DNA of 63,773 nucleotides, the filler included, from Dimorphilus gyrociliatus (lineage: Eukaryota > Animalia > Annelida), in the NCBI GenBank assembly GCA_904063045.1. It is 5 parts of 5 records of this genome, joined end to end, with 100 filler letters (N's around TTAATTAATTAA, not from the genome) between each part and the next. Parts side by side here need not be neighbours in the genome. Positions count along the whole stretch, not along the records: positions 28,328 to 38,008 come from CAJFCJ010000136.1; positions 38,109 to 54,803 come from CAJFCJ010000097.1; 3 more parts are not named here. One strand, written 5' to 3'. Below are positions 34,752 to 47,190 of the stretch, piece after piece. The notes under the pieces were generated by a model, which saw only the letters and a list, made by a program, of their open reading frames with translations, made no database searches and was not told the DNA's origin. The stretch's first letter is position 1; each line of letters opens with the position of its first letter. The translations under genes and the position numbers were made by a program.

Positions 34752-36104
34752 GTATAAAAGTTAGTTCTTGTGAATCATGCATTGTTGGTAATTTCCTTTT
34801 AGGAACTAATATTCCACCAATATATGATGACTTTTTTATAATATCATTTGTAAAGATTTTTTCACCATAGATTAAATTATTAAAAGCAATGGAAGAGATA
34901 CATTGAAACACCTCATTATAAATGTCAGTATTAAAATATATTCCTTTTTTAGATAGGAGAACTTTAATGGCATCATCTATTATGTTATATTTGTCTGATT
35001 TCATTTTATCATGCTTTTCCTCCCACACACCAGCAACTAAGCAAGCCATAAATGGATTGTTGCATAGCTTAAATAGTTCTTTGTTATTACTTGATAAGTA
35101 TTGATATAGTTTTTCAGATTTTATTGATTTTTTGGTATAATCATGTTGTATGTTCATGCCATCTTTCTTATTAGACTCTTCATCGAAAAACTTTTGAAAG
35201 TAAATTTGCAACTGTTGTTGATTGAATCCTTCAACATTCAATACAAAATCATATGTTTTAATAACTTCCCTTATTTTCCAATTTCTTGATAAAACAATAA
35301 TTGGATGCTGAAAATATTTTTTGTTTTGAATTATTGAATGAAATATTGAATTTTCATATTTTAATTCGTCAGCTCCATCGAAGAGGAAAAGAAATTTGTA
35401 TTTTTCATTATGGAGAAAATATTTCAACAGTTCGAGGTTGATTGAGGATTTTACTTCAAAATCATTTTTTAAGACAAAATCTTCAATTGATAAATTCTCT
35501 CTATCAATATCTCCAAGTTGAATATATAAGAGAAGATAATCACTGAGAAAGTCTTGATTATCAATCCATGTATGTAATATTTTCATTGCGTAATATTACC
35601 CATACCAGCTTCTCCTTGTAACAAAATTCTCTCTTTCCCATTAGTGAGAATCTTTTGAAAATTGCAGATGCTGTTAAAGTCAATGATATCTGTTTTTGTC
35701 TTAGAAGATACCAATTGAACTTGAGTAAATATATCACAGAATTTGATTAATGATTGACTCTCTTTCCAAAAAGGGAATTTTCTGATTGAATTCAATTCTT
35801 GTTCTACAAACATTTTTCTCTCTTTTATTAATTTAGGCCAAGTATCTGTTATTAATTTCTTAAGTATATTGCATTTTGCCAAATTCATGTCAATCAAAAT
35901 ATCAAGAAAATTGTATGTTTCCATGAAAATAATATAATTTTTAAATAGATCACTAAAATCCAATTTTTCATCATTACTCAAATAGTGTTTTGGTATTATA
36001 TTTTTTCCAATTAAACGATGAAGAAAGTCAAGGTCATCACTCAAATAACTCTCTATGGTTTCATAATGAAATTCCAGTAAATGATTTTTTAAATTTTTTT
36101 CCAT
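34752..36104 (-). pseudogene. NLR-like gene: putative CARD/death-fold N-terminus + NACHT, frameshifted in Walker A and cut off by the LTR
   Basis: RILLQGEAGMG-[shift]-YYAMKILHTW, Walker B FLFLFDGADEL, IIVLSR, LCNNPFM. Ends at QELTFI at the LTR boundary. The death-fold call is by pattern only. Confidence 0.85.
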
Positions 36105-36846
36105 TCTGAAAATTAAATAGCAGTTTTAGAGACAAACTATTAAAATTTTAATCAAATGGAGCTAGTATAGATGTGTTAAAGTTTGGTGTTTTAACTTGTT
36201 TGCTTTGATATAAATTACTAAATTTTACTTAAAGAATTATCTTGCTGAAAAAGGAAATTTTGTATACATTTTGTTTGAACTGCCTGACAAAAGAATAAAG
36301 CAATAAGTGTTTGAAAAAAATTAAGATATTTCTGTAAATATTGTGTGATACAGTATAAAAAAATCAATCGATATCAACAATGAAGCAGTAGATTTTAGCC
36401 AAACAATAACTGTTTTAAAAAAAATCATTCTATTTCTATAAATATAGAATGATAAGTATAAATATATTAATCTATATCAATAAATATCCTTTTCCAACCT
36501 CACCTTTATCAAGTATCTATTAATACAGTTAAAATGTTGTCAAAACAGTGGTCCTAAGTAGAATGATTTTCAACTATAAAATGACAATTCATGGCCTAAA
36601 TTTGTATTAAACTGTAATAAAAACCATTCAAAATTACAATACTGTGTGTATTGATTAGGAGAGTTAAAAGATTATTGAAGCCTAATAATAAGTGTGGGTG
36701 ATAATATAGAAAAAAAGAGAAACTATTCTTCAAACTGACAATTGAGATTTTTTCTCCAATTCATTAAGAATGAATTTGTATATATAAACAGTTGTTTAAT
36801 AGACTAAATATTATACTAAAAAAGAATAAAGCTTGACAAATGATAT

Positions 36847-37370
36847 TTATGCTGGAGAGTAGATATGGGATGTCTGCATTAATAGATCAATTGATGTCAA
36901 TTTGTTCAACTTGAAATCATCCCATAAATCAAAAATTTTCTTTTGGATGTCAATATACTTTTTCTTTTGATGTTTGTATATCCTTTTTTCTGACAGTAAT
37001 TTCTCAAAAACTGCAATCAACTAAGACTCTTTTTTTAGCTCATCAACCAGCATGTAAAAAGACCCTTTAGCAGGTAGCTTACTGTTCATTCTTTGATGCC
37101 ATCCTTCACAATCATTATTGGTCCTAATAGACAAACCAAAAACTGACCAGTTATTTGGTTTCCATAATCTATTTTGGATCCAGTTTGTTTGGAAGTATTG
37201 CAGCAGGTCCAAAAATTTATTTTTTTCACAAAGTTCTGCATTTATACTGTCAAATGTTGGTTGAATAATATGTGCTGGCAAGAATGGCAGAGCCATCAAT
37301 TTTCTGAAATCTTTCCAATCATTTCCTTTTTCTTTGTATTTCTTTACATAGCCAAAAGCCTATTCAATAA
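36847..37370 (-). mobile_element. Mutator-like (MULE) transposase 3' remnant
   Basis: RKLMALPFLP...YFQTNW...WSVF...RTNNDCEGWH, one in-frame stop, then KIFDLWDDF...IYSPA-stop. Confidence 0.82.
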
Positions 37371-37865
37371 TATAAGTTATTCAATAGATAATGTTATATA
37401 TATTTGAATGTAACTGACTTAATATCTGCATTCTATCTAATCAATATATTAACAAACATATCATGAAGGAACAGAAGGAAAACAGGCTGTCAATGTACAT
37501 GTTTATTCAAAAATTCAAAAATAAAATAAATAGAAAAATAGGGTGCGAAGAATTCTCTTTCATAAATTTATGTTTACTATTCAAACAGCTATATTAATAG
37601 CATTTAAAGTTAATAATAATTTGAGAAGTTGTTTGAAAGTGAGAGAGAGGAGCAGCCAAAGTTTGGCTTACTAACAATGTCATAAAGATAGTTGCCAATA
37701 ACAGTTTCATCTTGTTCAAAATGAGTGAACTGACAGGAAAAAAATCTACTTTTTATACCTTTCAATCTATTATTGTTATATCAAAACCTTGAACTTTTTC
37801 AATAAAACTATTTTTTAAAAATTTTTGATATATTATTGTGAAAAGTTAATGTAAACATGGTTTTA

Positions 37866-38003
37866 ATACTTTCCTTAACAATGTATTCAAGGTCACACAT
37901 CTATATATATGTATATATATATATATATATAAATTATCTATTTGAGAAGAGAAATTATATATATAGGGACATGTGACCTTGAATACATTGTTAAGGAAAG
38001 TAT
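37866..38003. repeat. Perfect 32-bp inverted repeat around a (TA)n-containing spacer
   Basis: ATACTTTCCTTAACAATGTATTCAAGGTCACA at 37866-37897 and its reverse complement at 37972-38003. Confidence 0.85.
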
Positions 38004-38008
38004 AGATT

Positions 38009-38108
38009 NNNNNNNNNNNNNNNNNNNNNNNNNNNNNNNNNNNNNNNNNNNNTTAATTAATTAANNNNNNNNNNNNNNNNNNNNNNNNNNNNNNNNNNNN
38101 NNNNNNNN
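38009..38108. other. Assembly gap with TTAATTAATTAA linker
   Basis: 44 N + 12 nt + 44 N. Confidence 0.95.
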
Positions 38109-39281
38109 ATTATGTCTAAAATCTACTTTTTCAATTTTTAAGCATTTTATTAATAGATTTCCGATACAAATGCACAAAAATTCATTAATACAACATTTAT
38201 CAAAATATAGGCCTTTTAAACTGTTTGAAGATTTTACAAGACCTTTACAAATTGATGAAAATTCCTGCCTTCCCATATTACTATTACAATTTAAATATAC
38301 TTTCTCAATTGTTGAACATTTTAGTAATAAATCACAAAGAGAAATGATCCTATTTTCATCTAAATTGCAGTCAGCAAAATCAAGAGTCTTTAAAGTAGCA
38401 GACGATGTTTCAAGTCCTCCACAGATAGATATAATTGCATTCGCAAGATGTTTATTAGATTTCAATTGACATGCCTTCAATTGAGTACAATTCACTGGCA
38501 ACTGTGCCAAGGATAATCTCATTTTATCATTTAAATTACACTCTTCTTGATAAAGAAATTTCAGCTTTGCTCAAGAATTATGAAGACCATCACAAATTGC
38601 AGAAAATCCTTTTCCCATGTATGTATTTCCTAGTAAATCGAATTCTTTGATATGATGACAATTCAATAGTAGATCTCCAGGACAATTACTAATATCTTTG
38701 TTCAATTTTAAATCTGTGATACAAATTATTTTTAATGTGTGGGAGGAATATTGGAGACCTTCAAAAAGTTTCAGATTCTCATTAGCTATAGTATTATTGT
38801 TTCCAAAGTTGATTTGTTGAATTTGAGGAGAGAGAGTGAAAAGATTTTTAAGCTCTTCACCATATTCTCCACAGAGACCACAATTATAATTGCTTATTGT
38901 ATTTAGTGCTTTGCAGGATGACCCCAATCCTTTACAAATATCAAAGAAGTGCATTCCATTATTTGTATTAACTCCCAAATAGACACTTTCAAGTGTTGAC
39001 AAATTTCAAAACACATCTATAATGAGTTTGCTAGATGAAGAATTACAAAATGATTCACAGATTCTTGTAAAACAATTAAATTGTTATTTGGCTTTGTTTG
39101 TTCTTTTGTTATTAACTGATCATTGGTTTGTTTTAACATATTGTCCTCCTTGTATTTTTGATGTTTAGGAGAAACCAGAACAGTTGGAGACTGATTCAGT
39201 GTTGTAGTTTCCTTAACAACATTAATTAATATAGTATGTTTTCGTAGCAGACAAAATAAGTAAACTTTGTTTGGACGCCAT
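38109..39281 (-). pseudogene. Pseudogene of the 29/28-aa LRR family
   Basis: Same LRR consensus (ICKGL..SS.TLK..F..CNL). In-frame TGA at 39006-39008 and 38571-38573. Degenerate N-terminus from AAAATGGCG at 39281. Runs into the gap. Confidence 0.85.
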
Positions 39282-39804
39282 TTTTAATTTGTTTGTTCTA
39301 ATATTATATTACAGAAAGAGATATTGATTCAAGTCGGCCATTTTTATAATTTGGTATCAGAGTAGCACTGAAGGGAAATAACAATCAATAGCAGATTTCA
39401 GCTTAAAGGAATGATTATTTTTTCAAAATTGGGGTTAGCTAACCCTCATCAATGATTTTCCTTTTGTAATTTTACAGATTGAATGATCCTGAAGTTAAAT
39501 CGGAAACCTTTGGACAAATATCATTCATTTACTAATATTTGTGGACTATATTTATAATAAATAAAAAAAATTTAATTTTTTAAGTATTGCACTAAGAAGC
39601 AAAAATTTGGCAGTAGACTGAGTTTGAAGTATATAACTTTACAACTTATAGCATTATCACAAATTTGATTTGATGTTGCCTTTGAATCATTCACTTCCTT
39701 GCCACACCATTTTTCAATTACAGAACTACATTTATAGTAACTTCCATACTAGTTTGTGAGTAAGTACAGGTTCAAAGAGAACATAACAGATATAGCAGAC
39801 AGGT

Positions 39805-41050
39805 TTATACATGAAAAATTACGCAACATTTCTTCAAAAGCTCACTGCCACAAATATCATCATTCTGAAACTGGTCCCAAAATTTCTAAATTTTCTTCTG
39901 AATGTTGACATAAATTCTTTTCTGTACCCTTCAAATCTTTTTCTCTGAAAGTGACTTTTGATAAACTCCAATTAAATCACTTTCTCTCTTCAACTCATCT
40001 ATAGTGCAATAAAAAGAAAAGCTTTCTTGTAAGTCTTGATTGAATTTGTTATGGAATCTTTCCAAGTCATTATATCTTTGAATAGCTCTATTAAAAACTA
40101 GCAAATTATTTGGTGACCAGAGATTGTTATATATCCATGTTTCCTTTATATATTTAACAAGATCATTTAATTTATCAATTTTAGCTAAAGTTTTTTTTAA
40201 CCTTTTTAAAGTGATGCTTTATGATATTACTAGAAAGAAGTGGAAGAGCTGACATAATCTTCATTGCATATCCTTCTGCTGTTTTCTTTTTATAGTGTCT
40301 ACTAAAGCCAAGGGACCTGGAAAGAACATCTCATGGAATGAATGTCCTGTATTAAAAAGAAAGTAGTTCTATAGAATAACACATGGCAGTGTGAAAATAC
40401 TATTCTTTCAAAAGAATTTAGCAGAGAAAAAGCTTTACATATAACATGTATTTCAGTAAGAAACCACTTTCCAATGTCTTCTTTGATACCTAATTTCTAA
40501 AGTTCTGAGAGTCTTTCAATGTCTAATTGAGGTTCTTCCAGGTTATTAGAAATCTTTAATCTTATTGATTGAGCAGCAACTTTCCTGAATTTGCATCCAT
40601 TTGTAGAATAATGAATAAATATTTTCTGTTCATTATTACTCTAGCTATCCAAAGGATTATCTTTTACCTTGAATAGATTTTGTTCAGTGTTACATTCGCC
40701 ATATATTATATCTTTTAAGCTGATTTCACATATCTGATGGGTTATGGGCTCCACTGAGAATATTAACTCCTTATATTTGCCCAATAGTTGCTTTGAGCAT
40801 TTACCATCTTTCACAATAATGTTCAAGTCACATATGATCTGAATAGATTTGTATTGTGTACAATAATTAATTGTTGTGAGGTCTCCCAGCCAAGTGCTAT
40901 GTGTTCCTTTCTCTTCAGATAAAACTGTTGGTAACATTTTTCCAATATATGCATTTTGTATACTCCATGGAAAATGCTTACCACTTAGTTCCATTTGCGA
41001 AAAGAATTTACCAATCCTCCCAACTAAAAGTAATGATACGAAACTATCCA
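39805..41050 (-). mobile_element. Second, more degenerate MULE transposase remnant
   Basis: GHSFH (CxxH-like), MSALPLL...KYIKETW, RYNDLERFHNK, NIQKKI*KFWDQF, collinear with the 36847-37370 remnant. The upstream extent is uncertain. Confidence 0.65.
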
Positions 41051-41099
41051 ACTATTTCGGAAATTATAAAACAAAAATTCCAAATTTTATGACAAATTT

Positions 41100-42760
41100 A
41101 AAAAATGAAAAACTGCAATATAAACAAGGAGAATATCTTTGTCAAATTGAAATATTTTGTATAGATATTAAATTTGTTTGCGATGGAATTAATCATTGTT
41201 TTCATAAGGAAGATGAAGAGAATTGTGGTAAGTGAGAAAAAGTGAAGAATGTTGAATGTTTGATTTAGACGTTTACCAGTTTATTTTGTAGGAGAATTTA
41301 TAGCAAAAGGATTTTTTAAATGTGTAAAAAAAACACTTATCTGCATCTCAATAGAATATGTGATGGTAAAATAGATTGTATTTATGGTAGTGATGAATTA
41401 TTGTGTGAACAATCATCAATAACAAATAAATTCAATGATAAATTATTATGCAACAATACAACTCCATATGATATTGAATGCCAAACAAAGAATCAAAATT
41501 CCTTATCATCTACAAAGGCAAATAGTCAATATCTATTGAGTAGTGTTTTGAAAAGAGTATCTCTCCTGGGAAATATAGAAATACTAACAACAACAAAACA
41601 AAGCATTCTCCCTTCTCTAGTAGTATTAAATATAACAGAAAATGAAATTTTGTACAAAACTTCATTGAATATTCCAAATATATTTTTGTTAATTCTAAGA
41701 AAAAACTTGATAAATAATTTAGCATTTCTAAAAGACAATAATCAACAAATACTGCAATTTCTTGATATTTCATTTAATCCAATTTCCAGAATTTCTAATC
41801 TAAAAATTTTATTCAATTCCATAAATCTTCTCTACCTTGATTTATCATTTACAAATATAACAACAATAAGTAAAACTGATTTTTTTGGTATGAAAAATTT
41901 AGAAATTCTTTTATCAATTTAAAAGAATTACATTTAAATAAAACTAGATTTTCTCTTAAATCTACTAAAACTATTATGGAAAATTTAATGAAATTGACAA
42001 AATGCTTTAGTGAACAATATAAATTATGTTGTCTATTGTGGAAATATATTAGTGAAAATGTACAATGTATACCTGATTCTCATACTTTTAGTACTTGTTC
42101 AAATCTTCTTAGTTCAAAAATTCTAAGAATTTTTTTCTGGATATTTGGAATATTTGGATTTTTAGCAAATAATATTACAATCGTTTTGATTATTATGTCA
42201 AATACAACGTCAAAACATTTTAAATTAGGCCTATCATTTGCTGATTTACTCACCTCCTCTTATATAATATTAATCAGCGGCGTTGATAGACATTTACAGG
42301 ACAGATACATTGAAAATGAACATGTATGGAGAGAGAGCATTCTATGTCAATTCCTAGGGGTTCTAGTAACAAATTCCTTTGTTTTATCTTCATTATTCTT
42401 ATTACTAATTACACTGGAAAGATATTACGCAATAGTAAAATATACTGATTTTTCCCCATTCAAAGCCTACTCCACCTCTATTGTGATAATTGTACTACTG
42501 TTATCCAGTTTTATAAGTTTATTCCCATTTATCTTTTATAAAGTAAATTTCTTGAATTGCCAACAACCAATCAAATTTTTGCAATAAAAACCCATTACTC
42601 GTAACATTCTTACAGATTTTATTCAAGTTCACCAATTTGTATTAACATTCAAGTTGGAAGTGAAAAGAAAGAGGGATGGATAATTTCATTCCTAACTAAT
42701 TCTTTTTTCATTTAAATAGTTTTAGGGTTTATTAAATCTATGGATAAATATTCCATAACA
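41100..42760 (+). pseudogene. LDLa-LRR-7TM GPCR (GRL101-like) with frameshifts and a stop
   Basis: Two LDLa modules (CDGINHCFHKEDEENC; CDGKIDCIYGSDELLC), LRRs, hinge CCLLW...C...C, TM LERYYAI. Frameshifts at ~41325-41333 and ~41915, and a stop at ~42713. Confidence 0.85.
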
Positions 42761-43475
42761 AATTTAGAGCCTGAAAATTGTAAAGACTTTGAAATGACTA
42801 AGGAATATTTGGAAAATTTGAAATTTTTTATCTACATCAAAGAAATTTTGGAAATATGTATTTTTTTTCATAAAAATGAATTTTCAATTGGAGACAATTT
42901 TGAAGAAAGTAGCATGATATGCTTGATGAATTAATTTGAAATATTTCAAATTTTCTTCTTTAATCAATAAAAAACAAACATACAAGCAGGAAAGAAATGG
43001 AAAGTATTATTTGAAATTTGAAAATTTTTCCCCTTTAACAAAGGAGAATGAAGAACGAGACATGAAGTTTTTTGGATTATTCATTTCTAGAATTTTGGAT
43101 AAATTTTAATTTAGTGATGAAAAGCAATAAATAAAAAAATATATTACATTCAATATTTTATTTAACATTCACCATTCACAGGACTATTTACAGTACTACA
43201 CTTTAGATTGTAGACAGTCTAAACTCATGATTGAGACAAAAAGAAATCCATAGTGTTAAGATCTAGACAATTTAGAAGGTTAAAGCCTAAGTTGGCTCCA
43301 ATCTCTCTGTTCTGTTACAGATAATATCTACTGGGTGTCAATCAAAAGCGAATAAATTTCATATTTCTAAAAAAGAAACTTGAATGCTAAAGAGCAGATA
43401 TAATAAGACAGGACATTAAGAGAAACAATAAATTCTTGTAATCTATTAGATATTTGATAAAAATTGATCAAGCAT

Positions 43476-44450
43476 TTAAGGAAAAAGAATATCATTGATA
43501 TTCATTAGATTACACTTGATATGATCTCTTGTAATTACCCCACTTGGATAAATCTTGCCATTTATTTTAATCATTGACAAAGATCCATCTTGAACTGCTT
43601 CAAAAAACTCATACTTTTGGTTAGCTGCTTCTTCAAGAAGTCCACTGGATGACTTATAAGAATTTAAATTGGCAATATACACATCTAGATATTCACCAGT
43701 CAACCTTCTTTTTGATTTTTTTACAACAAAACTATTCTCATTAAATTTTTTATCATTTCTTTCAAAGGAAACATAGAATAAATCATTCTTTAAATTGACC
43801 TTAATAACTCTGTGCTTTGAATGGAATACAAAAGATTGATCAATCCATTGAATCAGATGTTTATCTTGAAAGTAAATGCCATTTAATGTTATCTTCAAAA
43901 TTTTACTATCTATATAGAGGTGTATTTCATGCATATAATAATCATCTTTCAAAAGTCCATAAACAGTAACAAAACATATTTGGTGGAGTGTGTTACTGTT
44001 ATCATCTGGAACAAGTAGTTTGAAATGTGGATCACCATTTCCTCCAGGTGCATCAATAACTTGAATCGTATTAGTCAAATCTTTGGGTGTTCCTGAGTCT
44101 GCACAATTCATTACTATTGTCACAGATTCTTCACCCTCTGTTTCATTATCTACTATCAATGTTACAGTGGCTGTTGCCAACTGACCCCCAGTAAGTGTTA
44201 AAGATCTGACTCCAACAAAAGTATAATCGGGATTACTTGATGCTAATCTTTGAAAAGAAAAATTAATGATATTAAACAGAAAGAAAAAATCTGAAATAAT
44301 ATATTCTTACTCGCAAGTTGTTCCCACAATATCAGGTCTTATTGTAATTTCTACTTGTGTACCTTCTTGGAAAGGACCTGTTCCCACAACAGTTGACAAA
44401 GATGGAATGATAGCAGCAATATTTCCAATATCTAAATTGTTTAAAATAAT
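43476..44450 (-). pseudogene. Calx-beta-like domain followed by an ITIH C-terminal-like (GDPHF...ICF) domain; frameshifted
   Basis: ATATVTLIVDNETEGEESVTIV (Calx-beta-like) and GNGDPHFKLL...QICF. Frameshift at ~44185 relative to the upstream exon. Confidence 0.55.
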
Positions 44451-44950
44451 TGAATTGTAAAGAGCCAATTTATTCTTTTATTTATTATTCAGATTCAACA
44501 AACATTTATCAAGAAAGTTTGTTTGTTTCATATTTAAAGTACTTACTCAAACAAATTAAAACTAAACTCCTTATCTTAAAAATTTCCATTTTTGCTACTT
44601 TAACAACTTCAAGAGTTGCTCTGAAAAAGATATCAATATTTTTTATTATATAGATGGCTATATAGATATACTCTGAGAAAATGTGTACCTCTATCTACAA
44701 ATGGGGAAAATTTTTCCCTCAAGATGGAGTGAGCTGCCATACAGTAAAAAGAACCCTTGCATACATCAAAAATGAAATGAAATAGCTAGAGAACTGACTA
44801 GAAAATAGGCCAGATATTAACATTATCGAGTGCATTTGGTGTATTAATGAGAAAAAAACCATACTCAGAGGCTATTGTTTTTAAAATAATGGTCAAAAAT
44901 GTTTTTTCCCATGAAAATAGTTTTTTTTTGTCTAAATTTCAATAGATAAA

Positions 44951-45062
44951 GAGTAGTATTTACGTAATATTGAAAAAAATTGATAAAAATTATGAATAAT
45001 ATTTTGCTAATAATATTCTGAAATATCATAATTTTCTCAATTTTTTTTCAATGACACTACTC
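44951..45062. repeat. Imperfect AT-rich palindrome (MITE-like hairpin)
   Basis: GAGTAGT...TTGAAAAAAATTGATAAAAATTATGA pairs with TCATAATTTTCTCAATTTTTTTTCAA...ACTACTC. Confidence 0.6.
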
Positions 45063-46419
45063 ATAATTATAAGATCATAGTGACCGTGTTATAATTACAT
45101 AATCTCTCTGTTCTGTCAGATTTTTAGGGTAAATGTCTTTCTTGAAAGTTCCTCCTTATGCTCTTCATAAAATTTCTTTTAATACAAAATATGTAGAGAC
45201 CACAAAATATAGAAGAAAGAATTCCAAATATAACAAGAGCCAAAAGTATCCATATACAAATACTAATCTAGGCAAAGATTTAACAATATTAGATTATTGA
45301 TTTTAAATTAAAAACTGTGCCAAATGTTGAAAAAATAGATTAAATCATTAATCTTTCAACTTCATTTTTCAACATTTTAATAATTAAAAATAAAGCAAAT
45401 AAAGATTTTAAAAATAATACCACATCCATAAAATCCCTGAATATTTCCCAATTTAATGCATTGAATTGGTGAGATATTTCCACGAAAATCCCTATAATCA
45501 AATAATAATAGTAGACGTAATAAAATAATTCTATTTCCTGTTTGCTCACTTCCTGTTAATCGCCAAGACTACTCAATGTTTGAATACAAAAATCATTGTG
45601 TATTGAGAATGGTTGTTCCATCTCTCTTACCAACAAATAAATCTAAGCCAGCTTGTCACAGTCACTCCCAACTAAGAAAAATAGTAAGCCCTTACGGGTC
45701 AGTTTTTACACTATTTAAATGACAGGTAAAGAGTTAGTCAGCTCTAATACCATTAAATTTGACTGTTGTCTAAAAATATAGCTACCATATGTATAGGAAC
45801 TTCCCAGTGTTATGTACATTTTATGATAATTATCAAGTCTAGAGCCTAAATGAATAAAGTAAAGTCCATCGCTTGGAGCTCTAAAATCATTAAAAAGAGA
45901 AAATTTTTTGAAATGCTAAATAGATTATTACTATTTAAATCAACTGAACTCCATTTAACTTTGGCAATGGAAGGGTTCAGACACACATATAATGACATAT
46001 TGATACTTAGACTTAAAATATAAAGAAACTTTAGAATGACTTTTATTTTGTATAGAAATTTGAAAAAGCTGTGGGAAATTTTTAAAGAGGAATTTTTCAA
46101 AATATCAAATTTTGATACAGGCATTAAATGCCTTTATTGAGAAGAGTCTAAATAAGGAAGAAAGGCAAAAGGCATGCATAATGGCTTTAGGAAAACATTT
46201 CTGTAGTCTCAATATCTATAGCAAAAGTTCATTTAGTGCCAGACCTCTTAAAAATAGTATCTTGTTTCAAAAGAGTTCTACTCATGTAAGAGTTAAGGTC
46301 AGACTCAATTTTTAATTTTCACAAAAAGAAACTGTAGCTCACTAAGTCTCTCTTTCAAATTTCTAGGCTGCCTGAGTATGGTTTTTCTCCTCACAAATAC
46401 ACCAAATGGGCTCTTTCAT

Positions 46420-46680
46420 AAATTTAAAGACCATGATGCTTCCACAACCAAACTTTACTGTTTTAGTTGTATATTTTGGATCATTTCTTTTACCAACTGG
46501 CCTCCTAACATACTCCCCTCGACAAGGATACATTTCAATCTTGCTTCCATTCATGAATATAGCCTTTCTCCATGTATTTGAGCTGTATTTAAGTTTTTTT
46601 TGTTTGTAAAATTCTTTTCACTTTTTAATTTGCTTTCTACTTAATGCTGGCTTCTTTGCATTTGTCAAGGTTTGCATATC
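46420..46680 (-). mobile_element. Tc1 transposase fragment related to family 2
   Basis: KKPALSRKQI...SKIEMYP..GEYVRRPVGKRNDPKYTTKTVKFGCGSIMVF. Confidence 0.8.
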
Positions 46681-46775
46681 AGTATTTTTATAAAATTGTA
46701 TTATTTTACTTTATATATTTATTTCTTTTTAGTTAAATGCTCTATTTAGTTAAATGTAAATCCCTACACTTGTTC

Positions 46776-47190
46776 ATAGAGATTTTGCATTGGGGGAATT
46801 AAGAGTAATTCTCACTTATCTCTTTCATAAGCATGGAGAATCAAAGGATGAATATCTTTATCCTAAAGATTTGAAGAAGAGAGCCAAAATTGAACAATTC
46901 CTTTGTTATACTCCAACAAAACAGTTTCTCCAGCTGTTCTTGGCTACTTTGCAGCACTTTTCTTTGGGAATCGAAAACCAATTGAGGAAGACATAACTAA
47001 ACTTTACAGAGCATTGAGTGACCTTGATAATATTTACTTTCAAAAATCTAATTTTAGTTTTGGAGATAAGCCAACTTTGGCTGATTTGGATTTGGCAACA
47101 ATTCACAAAAACTAAATAATGAACAAATATCTACAGAATTCCAATATTTTCCCAAATATGATATGTATGAGTATTCGGAGCTTTTATCTC
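46776..47190 (+). pseudogene. Glutathione S-transferase (theta/delta-like) pseudogene fragment
   Basis: DFALGELRVILTYL...YLYPKDLKKRAKIEQFL, frameshift, then GDKPTLADL, followed by a premature stop. Confidence 0.8.

Noticed and set aside
34696-39281. NACHT (34.7-36.1 kb) and LRR pseudogene (38.1-39.3 kb) as one NLR gene
   Set aside because: On the minus strand the LRR lies upstream of the NACHT, which is the wrong order; a gap and a MULE remnant separate them.
46790-46830. RIP-like CpA-to-TpA hypermutation suggested by GST ELRVI versus the usual ESRAI
   Set aside because: The ancestral sequence is unknown. The only direct alignment (Tc1 copies) shows CpG-focused change, which ordinary 5mC decay explains.
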